From contig DAOULH010000042.1 of the NCBI GenBank assembly GCA_034420475.1, positions 9,187 to 73,186 of the forward strand: a DNA stretch of 64,000 nt, written 5' to 3'. This stretch comes from Dehalococcoidia bacterium (GTDB lineage: Bacteria > Chloroflexota > Dehalococcoidia > Lucifugimonadales > UBA3495). Shown here piece after piece: positions 8,305-17,529 of the stretch (position 1 is its first letter; every line of letters begins with the position of its first letter). A program made the position numbers and the translations under genes. The notes beneath the pieces are model-generated. The model was not told the origin of the DNA. It worked only from the letters and a program-made list of their open reading frames with translations, and searched no databases.

Positions 8305-8808
8305 TTGATGCGCCATATCAACCACGTCTGGAAGCTGATCCCGGCCGCATCCGCCGGTCTGGCCATAGCGGCCATCGTCCGACTCAACCCGGCCAATATC
8401 AATCTCAAAAGCCCCGACTGGCGCTACACGGTCTCGTTTGCCCAGGACCATGCCTTTGAGTACACTGTGCTTGCCACCGCTATTATGGTGCTGGTCCACT
8501 GGTTCAAGGGCGACATTCACGCCGGGGCCGCTGCCATCGCCAATGCCGCCGCAAACGCGCTGGGCGTTCCGCCACTTTCGTATGCCTACGCGCTGCTCCT
8601 GGAGACGCTCAAAATGGTGTTGCAAAAAATCAAGCGAGACCTTTTCAACTCAATACGTTCCGACGGGCGCAAAGAGGGCCGCGAAGAGGGCCGCGAAGCC
8701 GGCATCAAGCATCTGCTCCGACAGCAAAACCCCCAAGCCGACGAAGCGGAGATTCAGCGCCGCTACGAAGAGGCCATCACCACCATGAGCGACGACCCAC
8801 GGACCTGA
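8305..8808 (+). CDS. Hypothetical membrane-associated protein (167 aa)
   Basis: ORF with hydrophobic segments and a charged C-terminus (GRKEGREEGREAG). No family recognised. Confidence 0.45.
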   Translation: MMRHINHVWKLIPAASAGLAIAAIVRLNPANINLKSPDWRYTVSFAQDHAFEYTVLATAIMVLVHWFKGDIHAGAAAIANAAANALGVPPLSYAYALLLETLKMVLQKIKRDLFNSIRSDGRKEGREEGREAGIKHLLRQQNPQADEAEIQRRYEEAITTMSDDPRT

Positions 8809-8911
8809 TCGAATGCTCGCGCCAGAAGCCTTCAACCGCGCCGCCGACCTGCCTTCTGAGGAAAGTGAGCAGCGCATCGACCCCCAATCCAGCAAATCGA
8901 GGAGCGATGCA

Positions 8912-9267
8912 ATGGGAACCGTAGTGGTCACGATAGGTATCGGAGACCCGCAGGGCCGGAGGTTCGAAGACATTGATGTAATTGTGGACACCGGCTCAAC
9001 CTTCACTGTAGTACCCAGAACCACATTGCAGCGGCTGGGAGTGCCGGTGGAACGCTCAGTGCAATCCGAACTGGCGGACGGAAGCAACGCGCCGGTGGAC
9101 ATCGGAAGGACCATGGCAGACTTGAAGGACAGCAATTCCCCACGCCGGTGATCTTCGCCGAAGCGGGCGAGCCCACTTTGCTTGGCGTGGTCACGCTGGA
9201 AGAGGCGCTGCTGGCCGTAGATCCCGTGGCCGGACGCCTCATACCTACAACCGTGCTGCGCCTTTAG
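8912..9267 (+). pseudogene. Retropepsin-like aspartic protease (short ~120-aa type), frameshifted
   Basis: GAGGAG lies 7 nt upstream of the ATG at 8912. VIVDTGSTFT motif. The frame breaks near 9125-9135. The next frame continues QQFPTPVIFAEAGEPTLLGVVTLEEALLAVDPVAGRLIP...*, matching the layout of the intact paralog at 43153-43518. 8813-8870 upstream is a remnant of the antitoxin 5-prime end (EAFNRAADLPSEE). Confidence 0.7.
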
Positions 9268-9297
9268 ATCAGGAAGCCGGAAGCCAAGAGGAACTGA

Positions 9298-9337
9298 GGA
9301 GATTGCCGAGAATGCTTGGCGGCATTCTCGCAATGAC
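9298..9337. repeat. Half-copy-like hairpin of the R2 family (GAGATTGCC...CTCGCAATGAC)
   Basis: GAGATTGCCGAGAATGCTTGGCGGCATTCTCGCAATGAC has the same terminal words as the right inner arm of R2. Confidence 0.6.
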
Positions 9338-9436
9338 GGTTTGAGGAAAGCGGCAGAGTGCGCGCGGCCGGCGCGGATGCAAACGGAATAGGCCCGTGCT
9401 AAACTTGGGCCAACTGCGCCCGCCGGAGGTAGAGGT

Positions 9437-11647
9437 ATGCTGCGCATCTACAACACCCTGACTAAGAACGTCGAGGAGATCCGGCCGATGACGCCCGGCA
9501 AGGTGTCCATGTACACTTGCGGGCCGACGGTGTACCGCTATGCGCACATCGGCAACCTGCGCACCTACCTGATGGCCGACTGGATCCGCCGCATCCTGGT
9601 GGCCGACGGCAACGAGGTTTACCACATCAAGAACATCACCGACGTGGGCCACATGCGGCAGGAACTGGCCGAAGCCGGCGGCGACAAGATGATCATGGCC
9701 GCGCTGGCCGAGGGCAAGTCCCTACAGGAAATCGGCGAGTTCTACGCGGACGTTTTCTGGCAGGACGAGGAGCGGATCAACATCCTGCCGGCCCACGTGT
9801 TTCCCTGGGCGTCGCACCACATTCCGGAAATGCTGGAGATGGTGGGCACGCTGATGAACAACGGTTCCGCTTACGAAGCGGGCGGCAACATCTACTTCAA
9901 CGTCAACAGTTATCCGGAGTACGGCAAGCTGTCCCGCAATTTCGGCGGCGACCTGCTGGAGGGAGTGCGCGCCGAGGCTGACCCGCTGAAGCGCGATCCG
10001 CGTGACTTCACCCTCTGGAAAGCGGCGGAGCCGGGTCGGGACGTGAAGTGGGACAGCCCCTGGGGCGAGGGTTTCCCCGGCTGGCACATTGAATGCTCGG
10101 CCATGGCGCACAAGTACCTGGGCGAGAAATTCGACATCCACACGGGCGGCGTCGACAACGTGTTCCCGCACCATGAGGACGAGATCGCGCAGAGCGAGGG
10201 GGCGTTCGGGCAGCAGCACGTCAACTACTGGGTGCACGGACAGCACTTGCTGGCGGACGGCGCCAAGATGGCGAAGTCGGCCGGGAACGTGTTCCTGATC
10301 GAGGACCTGGCGACGCGGGGGTTCGATCCTCTGGCATTCCGTTACCTGTGCATGACCGTGCGCTATCGGCATCGGATGAACTTCACCTTCACGTCGCTGC
10401 GGGCGGCGGAGAAGGCGCTGACCGGCCTGCGGAACCGCATCTGGGTGTGGCGGAATATGTCCGGCAATGGCGCGGGGCACCATGCCCTGAGCGCCGAGGG
10501 CCAGGAATGGAGCGGCAAGTTCTGGGACGCAGTGCACAACGACCTGGACCTGCCTACCGCGCTGGCAATCACCTGGGCCATGGCGCGGTCAGAACTGCCG
10601 GCGGCGGACAAGCTGGAACTGATGCTGGACTTTGACCGGGTATTCGGGCTCGACCTGGACCAGATTCCGGAGCGGTACGAGATCGGCACACAGAACAGCG
10701 CTGCGCTGGAGCGCCGGGCTACGTTGCGGCAACAGGCAGCGTATCGGGATGCCGACGCGCTGCGGTCGCAGATGGTGGAAGGCGGGATGGTGGTGCAGGA
10801 CACGGGCGTTGCGACGCTGGTGCGACCGCAGACACCGCTGGAACTGCAAGAGGCGCGGTGGCCTTCAGTGTCCGCTTCGCGGGAAGTGCCTTCCGTCCTG
10901 GACCAACCTGACCTCTACGACTTCACCTTCCTGGTGAATGCCTACGACTACGTGGACGACGTGCGCCGGTGCGTGGAGGCCGTGCTGCGGCACACCGGCG
11001 GAGCATCGGTTGAGATCATCGTGGTGGACAACGGGTCCACGGACGGCACGGCGGAGTATCTGGAAGAGGCACAGGCGGAGCACGCAAACGTTCGGGTCAT
11101 CCACTGTGACCACGTGGTGGGCGACGCCGCCGGCAAGAACATCGGGTTGAAGCAGGCGCGCGGCCGGTACATCGTATTGCTGGACGCCTCGACCGAGGTG
11201 GTCGGGGACATTTTGACTCCGGTGGCGGAACACCTGGCGGACAACAGCATCGGCGTGTTCGGCCCCTATGGGTTGACCACCGACGATATGCAGCACTTCC
11301 ACGAGGAAGTGGACCGGGGCGACGCCGACGCGATGCAGGCGTACTGCATGGCGTTCCGGCGGGCCGACCTGCCCAGCGTGGGGTTGATGCACGAGTCCTT
11401 CCGGTTCTACCGGAACCTGGACATCGACTACTGCTTCCAGTTCAAGAACGCCGGATACCGGGTAGTGTGCGACAGCAGCCTGCCGCTGGTGCGCCACGAG
11501 CATCGCCAGTGGGAAGAGTTGGAGGAGAACCAGCGCGACGAGCTGAGCCGGAAGAACTTCGGCCGGTTCCTGAAGCGGTGGGGCAACCGCCCGGACCTGC
11601 TGATCAACCCCAATGCGCGGGGGTTCGATACGGGTTTCCGGCACTGA
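9437..11647 (+). CDS. cysS: Cysteine--tRNA ligase fused to a C-terminal family-2 glycosyltransferase domain (736 aa)
   Basis: CGPTVY..AHIGN (HIGH-like), [21 protein letters not shown] and KMAKSAGN (KMSKS-like), with a full CysRS C-terminal region to about aa 470. Then [10 protein letters not shown]...[12 protein letters not shown]...LDAST, typical of GT2. Confidence 0.8.
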   Translation: MLRIYNTLTKNVEEIRPMTPGKVSMYTCGPTVYRYAHIGNLRTYLMADWIRRILVADGNEVYHIKNITDVGHMRQELAEAGGDKMIMAALAEGKSLQEIGEFYADVFWQDEERINILPAHVFPWASHHIPEMLEMVGTLMNNGSAYEAGGNIYFNVNSYPEYGKLSRNFGGDLLEGVRAEADPLKRDPRDFTLWKAAEPGRDVKWDSPWGEGFPGWHIECSAMAHKYLGEKFDIHTGGVDNVFPHHEDEIAQSEGAFGQQHVNYWVHGQHLLADGAKMAKSAGNVFLIEDLATRGFDPLAFRYLCMTVRYRHRMNFTFTSLRAAEKALTGLRNRIWVWRNMSGNGAGHHALSAEGQEWSGKFWDAVHNDLDLPTALAITWAMARSELPAADKLELMLDFDRVFGLDLDQIPERYEIGTQNSAALERRATLRQQAAYRDADALRSQMVEGGMVVQDTGVATLVRPQTPLELQEARWPSVSASREVPSVLDQPDLYDFTFLVNAYDYVDDVRRCVEAVLRHTGGASVEIIVVDNGSTDGTAEYLEEAQAEHANVRVIHCDHVVGDAAGKNIGLKQARGRYIVLLDASTEVVGDILTPVAEHLADNSIGVFGPYGLTTDDMQHFHEEVDRGDADAMQAYCMAFRRADLPSVGLMHESFRFYRNLDIDYCFQFKNAGYRVVCDSSLPLVRHEHRQWEELEENQRDELSRKNFGRFLKRWGNRPDLLINPNARGFDTGFRH

Positions 11648-11673
11648 TGCACCGATTACATCGGTTGAACGCA

Positions 11674-11708
11674 GTAGGGGCGACGCATGCGTCGCCCCTA
11701 CGATTTTT
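11674..11708 (+). terminator. Rho-independent terminator between convergent genes
   Basis: Perfect palindrome GTAGGGGCGACGCATGCGTCGCCCCTAC followed by GATTTTT. Confidence 0.75.
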
Positions 11709-11726
11709 GCGGGTTTCCGTTTGTGG

Positions 11727-12611
11727 TCAGCCGCGGCCGAACCAGTCGGGATGCACCGCCTGGAGGCCGAGCTGCGGCCACGCGGCGGGCGCGCCACACT
11801 TCTCGAGACGCTCTGCCAGGGGCAGCGATTCGTCCCAGTAGTAAGCGATGATGCGGCGGCCGTTCCAGTCACTGGCGTCGTCGGAGGCGATCCAGACAAC
11901 GGGCGCCTGCATAACCTCAGGCTGGATGAGGGCGTCGGCGGTCGCGCCCTCGGGCGGCAGCACCATGTTGGTGGCGGTGGCGCCGCCGGGAGTCAGGACG
12001 TTAGCGGTGACGCCCGTACCTTCGAGGTCCTGGGCCATGATGGCAACCAGGGCCTCGTGGCCGGCCTTGGACGGGCCGTAGGGCGCGCCGCCCTTGCGCC
12101 ACATGGTGTCCATGCTGGTGGTGACGCCGATGATGCGTCCAAAACCCTGTTCCATCATGTGGCCGGCCACGGCGTTGGCCATGAGGAAAGGACCGCTGAG
12201 ATTGACGGAAATCACGCGCAGCCAGGCGTCGGGGACAATATCGAAGAAACCGGTGCGGCTGCCGGAGGCGCTGCCGCCAAAGCCGGCGGTGCGGGGGTTG
12301 ATGCCGGCGTTGTTGACGAGGATGTGGAGGCCGCCCATTTCGCCGATGGTGCGCTGCACCGCGTTCTGCACGGATTCAGGGTCGGTGACGTCGGCGATGA
12401 TGGGCAGCACGCACTCGTCGCCGCCAAGTTCGCGCATGTCGTTGGCGGTCTGGTCGAGCCAGTCCTCGTTGATGTCGAGCATGGCAACGCGGGCGCCGGC
12501 CCGCACCAGGCCGGTGGTGATGGAGCGGCCCATGCCGATGGGGCTGGCGGCGCCGGTCACGATGGCAACACGGCCCTGGAGGGTGTCGGAGCGGGTAGTC
12601 ATGGAGGTCAC
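11727..12611 (-). CDS. SDR-family oxidoreductase
   Basis: GRVAIVTGAASPIGMG (TGxxxGxG) at the N-terminus, with a Rossmann-type layout. Confidence 0.8.
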   Translation of the reverse strand: MTSMTTRSDTLQGRVAIVTGAASPIGMGRSITTGLVRAGARVAMLDINEDWLDQTANDMRELGGDECVLPIIADVTDPESVQNAVQRTIGEMGGLHILVNNAGINPRTAGFGGSASGSRTGFFDIVPDAWLRVISVNLSGPFLMANAVAGHMMEQGFGRIIGVTTSMDTMWRKGGAPYGPSKAGHEALVAIMAQDLEGTGVTANVLTPGGATATNMVLPPEGATADALIQPEVMQAPVVWIASDDASDWNGRRIIAYYWDESLPLAERLEKCGAPAAWPQLGLQAVHPDWFGRG

Positions 12612-12685
12612 CTCGGGGTTCAGGCAGAGTTTGGGAGCGCCAAGATGATAACCGCTGTGGCGAGAGTTGTTAAGGGCGAGAGCTG

Positions 12686-12847
12686 CGTAACTGTTCAGAG
12701 TTGCGGGGAAGTGTCATTGCGAAGCGCAGCGCGGCAATCCCGTTGGCGCACAGGAGTCCTTTGGGGCAACAGTTGCTACTACGGGGTCGAGATTGCCACG
12801 GCGCAAGCGCCTCGCAATGACGACCTCATGAATTGTGAACAATTACG
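12686..12847. repeat. R2 nested palindromic element, copy a (~160 bp)
   Basis: Outer inverted repeats CGTAACTGTTC / GAACAATTACG. Inner inverted repeats GTCATTGCGAAGCGCAGCGCGGCAATC / GATTGCCACGGCGCAAGCGCCTCGCAATGAC. About 85-90 percent identical by eye to 58351-58517. Confidence 0.9.
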
Positions 12848-12941
12848 AGCTGCGACCTTCCTTGACCCGACCACCGGCCGATGCTAAATTGGCCGCCGTG
12901 TTTCGTTACTAAGATTACGATTTTCGTCGCGTGGTACAGGA

Positions 12942-13904
12942 ATGAGCGAACTGGCCGAACGGGTGCTGAAGGGCGAGCTGCGCGCTCTGTCACGGGTGTT
13001 GACGTTGCTGGAGCGCGGCGATCCGGCGGCGGCGGAAGCGATGGCCGCGCTGGACCCGCACACTGGCGCGGGATACGCCGTCGGCATCACCGGCCCGCCG
13101 GGAGTGGGCAAGAGCACGCTGGTGGACCGGCTGGCGGAGCATCTGCGGGGAATGGGACTTTCGGTGGGCATCCTGGCGGTGGACCCAACCAGCCCGTTTA
13201 CCGGCGGCGCGCTGCTGGGAGACCGGATACGGATGCAGCGGCACTACCTGGATGACGGCGTGTTCATCCGCAGCGTGGCGACTAGGGGACAGTCCGGCGG
13301 GTTGCCGCGCATCGTCAAGAGCATGGTGCGGGCGCTGGACGCCGCGGGCAAGGACGTGACGCTGGTGGAAACGGTGGGCGTGGGACAAACCGAGCTGGGC
13401 ATCATGGGTGTGGCGGACACCGTGGCGGTGGCGATGACGCCGGAGTCAGGCGACTCGATACAGACGCTGAAAGCCGGCGTCATGGAGATCGCCGATCTTT
13501 ATGTAATCAACAAGGCCGACCGGGACGGCGCCAATCAGCTGTCGGCAGCGGTGACGGCGATGTTGCAATTGTCGGACTTGGGCGACGGCTGGAACCCGCC
13601 GGTGCTGCTGACCCAGGCATACGCCAACGTGGGGATCGGGGAGCTTTGGGACAGCGTGACCGCGCACCGCGATTACATGGCCGATACGGGCGGGCTGGAA
13701 AAGCGCCGGGCCGAGCGGCGGCGCGCGGAATTCCTGGAGACGGTGCAGGAGGAACTGTACCGGCGGATCACGGAGCGGATAGGCGACGACGCGGAGTTGG
13801 GCGACCTGCTGAGGCAGATAGACGGAAAGGCTGTGGAGCCTTACGGCGCGGCGATGGGGCTGCTGGCGAACGAAGGAGGGTTGGCTAATCTTGCCGGCGA
13901 ATAA
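12942..13904 (+). CDS. meaB: Methylmalonyl-CoA mutase-associated GTPase MeaB/ArgK
   Basis: GITGPPGVGKST (P-loop), LAVDPTSPFTGGALLGDRIRM, VETVGVGQ and NKADR. Confidence 0.85.
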   Translation: MSELAERVLKGELRALSRVLTLLERGDPAAAEAMAALDPHTGAGYAVGITGPPGVGKSTLVDRLAEHLRGMGLSVGILAVDPTSPFTGGALLGDRIRMQRHYLDDGVFIRSVATRGQSGGLPRIVKSMVRALDAAGKDVTLVETVGVGQTELGIMGVADTVAVAMTPESGDSIQTLKAGVMEIADLYVINKADRDGANQLSAAVTAMLQLSDLGDGWNPPVLLTQAYANVGIGELWDSVTAHRDYMADTGGLEKRRAERRRAEFLETVQEELYRRITERIGDDAELGDLLRQIDGKAVEPYGAAMGLLANEGGLANLAGE

Positions 13905-13916
13905 TGGAGCATAGCC

Positions 13917-14369
13917 GTGGACAGTGAAGGTCGGCGGCGGGGAGTCGATGGTGATGATTCGCTGCTGGCGTCGGTTGCCGGCGTACCGCTGACACGGATG
14001 GCGCGCATCGCGGTGTGCGTGATTTGGGCCGGGTTTTGGGCGGCGCGCGTTTTGCTGACCGATGCGATGACGCACATTAGCCCGCTCGATGCAAAACTGC
14101 TATTATCGGAATTAGTGGGTCCAGGGCCGGTCGACCAGGCGTTCAGCATCTGCATGGTATGGCTGACGGTTGAGGTGGCGATCATTGCCGCAGACGTTGT
14201 ATCAGGAGGGACAAGAATGCTCTTTGCCAAAACACCGAAAAGCCTCAAAGCAAGTATTTTGGATGGCCTTACCGAAGGCTTTACGGTCGAAGAATTGGAA
14301 GCCCTAGTTGAAAAGAAACGGAAGGAAAGGCAGGAGAAGGCCGCCAAAGAGAACGGCCAGAAAGGCTAA
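13917..14369 (+). CDS. Hypothetical membrane protein (150 aa)
   Basis: ORF with a GTG start, hydrophobic segments and a Lys/Glu-rich tail. No family recognised. Confidence 0.4.
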   Translation: MDSEGRRRGVDGDDSLLASVAGVPLTRMARIAVCVIWAGFWAARVLLTDAMTHISPLDAKLLLSELVGPGPVDQAFSICMVWLTVEVAIIAADVVSGGTRMLFAKTPKSLKASILDGLTEGFTVEELEALVEKKRKERQEKAAKENGQKG

Positions 14370-14399
14370 TCCATATCCGTTATCGAATTGCCGGCGCGC

Positions 14400-14918
14400 T
14401 TACGCGCAGAGCCGGCGGATTTCCTCGCTGACCTCAACAGGAAGTTGAAAGTGGGTCGGCTGACGGCCCAAGCTGTTGCGGGCGGTTTGCGATAGCGCAT
14501 CGCGGAGGAATGTCGTTACCCAGTCGACTTGACGCACGTACCCCCAGTCCTCGAACGACTCGTCAGTGCCCTCGTAGTGCTAGACTACTGTCCTGTATTC
14601 CGCGTCAGATCTGACAATGCCGATATGATAGAGCCGCTGCTGCGGATCGTAGGTTACGACGGGATCGCCAATCTGGACCTCACAGCAAAACTCCCAGATG
14701 CATCGGGTGGCGTTTCCAACCGCGCTAATTGTAAGCATCGGATTGGCACGCGCCACGCGGCCGCGTAAGTCTTCTCTGGTAGTTTCGGGATAGATGATGC
14801 TGGTATCGCCCCAGCCAAGATACGCAATGCGTTGGTCAAGGAAATAAGGCAAAACGTGACCATCTTGGCCCGCACGTATCATCCACATGTTTAAGCTGGG
14901 AATTTCCACCTCGGGCAC
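14400..14918 (-). pseudogene. Hypothetical protein interrupted by an in-frame TAG (112 + 59 codons)
   Basis: The 14580-14918 ORF ends at TAG (14580-14582). The same frame continues for 59 codons (HYEGTDESFEDWGYVRQVDWVTTFLRDALSQTARNSLG...) to TAA at 14400-14402. The region is AT-richer. Confidence 0.55.
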
Positions 14919-14988
14919 CTGCTGAACGGAGAGAAAAGGGCAACCACAGTGGTTGCCCTGTTAGCTTTGTCTACTCGAAGCAGGTGCC

Positions 14989-15900
14989 TCAGGTACGGTT
15001 TTCGTTGTCGGCACTGGCGCCGTTGCCGGTACTGCCACGGTTGTTGCCCCCATCCGGGGGGTTCATGCCGCCCATGCCGAGGAAGGGGGACAGCATGGAG
15101 GTGAACTCCATGGGGAAGATGAACTTGGTGGATGGGCTCTCGCCCAGGGACTTCAGGGTGTCGAAGTACTGAAGGCTCATGGTGCGGGCGTCCACCGTGC
15201 TGGCGACGCTGAAGATGCGCTCCAGGGCGGAGCTGAAGCCCTCAGCCCGCAGCACCTGGGCCTGCTGGTCGCCCTCGGCCTGGAGGATTTCCGACTCGCG
15301 CTGGCCCTGGGCCCGCAGGATGGCGGACTGGCGCTCGCCCTCGGCCAGGTTGATAGCAGCCTGACGCTGACCCTCCGACTCGGTGATCTCCGCGGTGCGG
15401 ATGGCATCGGCGGACTTCTGCCGCTCCATGGCGGCCTTGACGCCGGGAGGCGGGTCAACCTCGTTGATCTCCACCTGGGACACCTTGACGCCCCAACGGG
15501 TGGTGACCTCGTCCATGCGGATCTGGACGTCGTCGCGGATGCGCTCGCGCTCGGACAGCGTGGTCGCCAGATCCAGGGAGCCGATGACGGAGCGCAGGGT
15601 GGCAAAGGCCAGGTTGATGACGGCCGCTTCGAAATTCTGAACCTCAAGCACCGCGCGGTCGACCTGGTCATCCATCACGCGGTAGTAGATCACGAAGTCC
15701 ATGTCCACAACCACGTTGTCGGCGGTGATGTACTTCTGAGTGGGAACGCGAGTGACTCGCTCGCGCAGGTCAACCTTGGTGCCGTGGTATAAGATCGGGA
15801 TGAGGAAGCGCAGTCCGGGCCCCCTCGTACCGATATAGGTACCGAAACGCTGGACTACCATGCGCTGATACTGCTGGACGACGACGATCCCTGCGGCCAT
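14989..15900 (-). CDS. SPFH/band-7 (stomatin/prohibitin-like) protein
   Basis: Band-7 core followed by AEGERQSAILRAQGQRESEILQAEG coiled-coil repeats. Paired with the NfeD gene upstream. Confidence 0.85.
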   Translation of the reverse strand: MAAGIVVVQQYQRMVVQRFGTYIGTRGPGLRFLIPILYHGTKVDLRERVTRVPTQKYITADNVVVDMDFVIYYRVMDDQVDRAVLEVQNFEAAVINLAFATLRSVIGSLDLATTLSERERIRDDVQIRMDEVTTRWGVKVSQVEINEVDPPPGVKAAMERQKSADAIRTAEITESEGQRQAAINLAEGERQSAILRAQGQRESEILQAEGDQQAQVLRAEGFSSALERIFSVASTVDARTMSLQYFDTLKSLGESPSTKFIFPMEFTSMLSPFLGMGGMNPPDGGNNRGSTGNGASADNENRT

Positions 15901-15955
15901 GTTGGCGCCTCCTTATGGGAATCGGGACGAGTGGAGTGTTGATGTCATTCTAGCA

Positions 15956-17404
15956 TCATTCCTGGCCTTCAATTGCGGCGGGACCGCCCTCGGCCTCCAC
16001 GGTGAGCAGCAGGCCATTCACGGCGACCACGCGCACGCGGTGTCCGGCCGGGATAGTAAGGCCGTCGTTGCTGACGCTGGACCAGGTTTCGTCAGCCAGG
16101 GCCACGACACCCCGGGGTTGGAGCGCGGACGTGACCACGCCGGTCTGCCCGACGAGACTACCGGGCGAACTCCGCCCGTCCGTGCCGCTGCTCTCGCCCC
16201 GGCCGGCGCCGCGCCGTCGGCCCGTACGGGACATCATCACCTCGTAGGCGAGATAGCCGGCGATGGACAGTAATACACCGCCAACGCCGACCAAGACCCA
16301 GCGGTTTACCGACACGGTGGGGAAACTGGGAGGAGAAATGCGCCCGCCGCCGAAGTCTCCAAAGAGCAATAACCCGCCGACCACGAGGCTCACCGCAGCG
16401 CCGATACCTAAAGCGCCAAACCCCGACACGAATATCTCCAGGGCGGCCAGCACTATGGCCAGCAGGATGAACGCCACGCCGGCCCAGTTGAAGGGAAGGT
16501 TGCCCAGGGCCAGAAATCCCAAACCCAGGCAGATGATGCCGGCAACGCCGGGACCGATGGCGCCCGGGGTCAGCATCTCGAACACCAAGCCGAGACTGCC
16601 CAGGGTCAGGAGCAGGAAGGCGATGTTGGGATTGGAGATGAAATCGACGAAGCGCTCACGCCACTGCATCTTGAGTTCCCGCACCTCGACGCCGGTGAGT
16701 TGCAGCGTTTGCTCGCCGGCGACGGTGGATATAGTCCGGCCGTCCAGGGCGGCGAGGAGCGCCGGGATGTCGTCGGCAATGAGGTCGATGATTTGCGCCT
16801 CCAGGGCTTCGCTGGCGCTGTAGGAGGCGGCGGAGCGGACGGTTTCCTCCAGCGCGTCGGGGTTGCGGCCGCGCTCCTCGGCGATGGCGCGGATGAGGGC
16901 GGCAGCGTCGTTGGTGACCTTGTCGGCCAGGGTCTCGCTTATTTCTTCTCCGGATCCGGAAACGGGAGTGGCCGCGCCGATGTTGGAGCCCGGAGTCATG
17001 GCGGCGACGTGGCCGGCCGCGGTGATGAACGTCCCGGCCGAACCGGCCTGGGCGCCCCGCGGCGAGACGAACACGGCGACGGGTACAGGAGAGCCGAGGA
17101 GGATTTCGACGATCTCGCGGGTGCTGTCGTATAGGCCTCCCGGGGTGTCCAGGCCAATTATCAACAGCTGGGCCCCGGATTCGTTGGCACGAGTTACGGC
17201 ACGCCGGATTACGCGGACCTTGACCGGGCTGATGGTCTTTTCGATCCGCAGGTTTAGGACAGTGTCCGCCTGCGCGCTAACTCGTGCGTCCGGGCCGGCC
17301 AAGCCGAACACGCCGAGGCAGATGAAGAGGGCGCAGGTCGCCACCACGGCCCATCGCCTCACGACCGGGCGCACGGAGCGGCGGTTTACAGTGATTGAAA
17401 ACAT
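15956..17404 (-). CDS. NfeD-family membrane-bound ClpP-class serine protease
   Basis: N-terminal ClpP-like domain (LIIGLDTPGG, AGSAGTFI), multi-TM middle region and C-terminal OB-like tail. The start is taken at MFSITV; the track ORF extends to 17512. Confidence 0.8.
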   Translation of the reverse strand: MFSITVNRRSVRPVVRRWAVVATCALFICLGVFGLAGPDARVSAQADTVLNLRIEKTISPVKVRVIRRAVTRANESGAQLLIIGLDTPGGLYDSTREIVEILLGSPVPVAVFVSPRGAQAGSAGTFITAAGHVAAMTPGSNIGAATPVSGSGEEISETLADKVTNDAAALIRAIAEERGRNPDALEETVRSAASYSASEALEAQIIDLIADDIPALLAALDGRTISTVAGEQTLQLTGVEVRELKMQWRERFVDFISNPNIAFLLLTLGSLGLVFEMLTPGAIGPGVAGIICLGLGFLALGNLPFNWAGVAFILLAIVLAALEIFVSGFGALGIGAAVSLVVGGLLLFGDFGGGRISPPSFPTVSVNRWVLVGVGGVLLSIAGYLAYEVMMSRTGRRRGAGRGESSGTDGRSSPGSLVGQTGVVTSALQPRGVVALADETWSSVSNDGLTIPAGHRVRVVAVNGLLLTVEAEGGPAAIEGQE

Positions 17405-17529
17405 GGGCAAGCACCTGAGAACATGATCGCGGGCGACGGGATGGTATGTCAATCGTCTGGTTTGACTAGGGCCGGCGGCTGCCCATACAATGCGGCCACT
17501 TGAACAGCGCAACAGGAGCAGCGATTTCC

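Noticed and set aside
3540-9270. Canonical integron attC sites
   Set aside because: GGCCAAC and GTTGG(T/C)C words are present but do not fit RYYYAAC...GTTRRRY at the element ends, and no intI is in the window. The idea is kept only as a hypothesis in the findings.
11613-12887. 424-aa + strand ORF spanning the terminator, the antisense of the SDR gene and the R2a element
   Set aside because: It is a composite of shadow ORF and repeat-derived translation (…EIATAQAPRNDD…). The same repeat-derived peptide recurs at 58333-58845.
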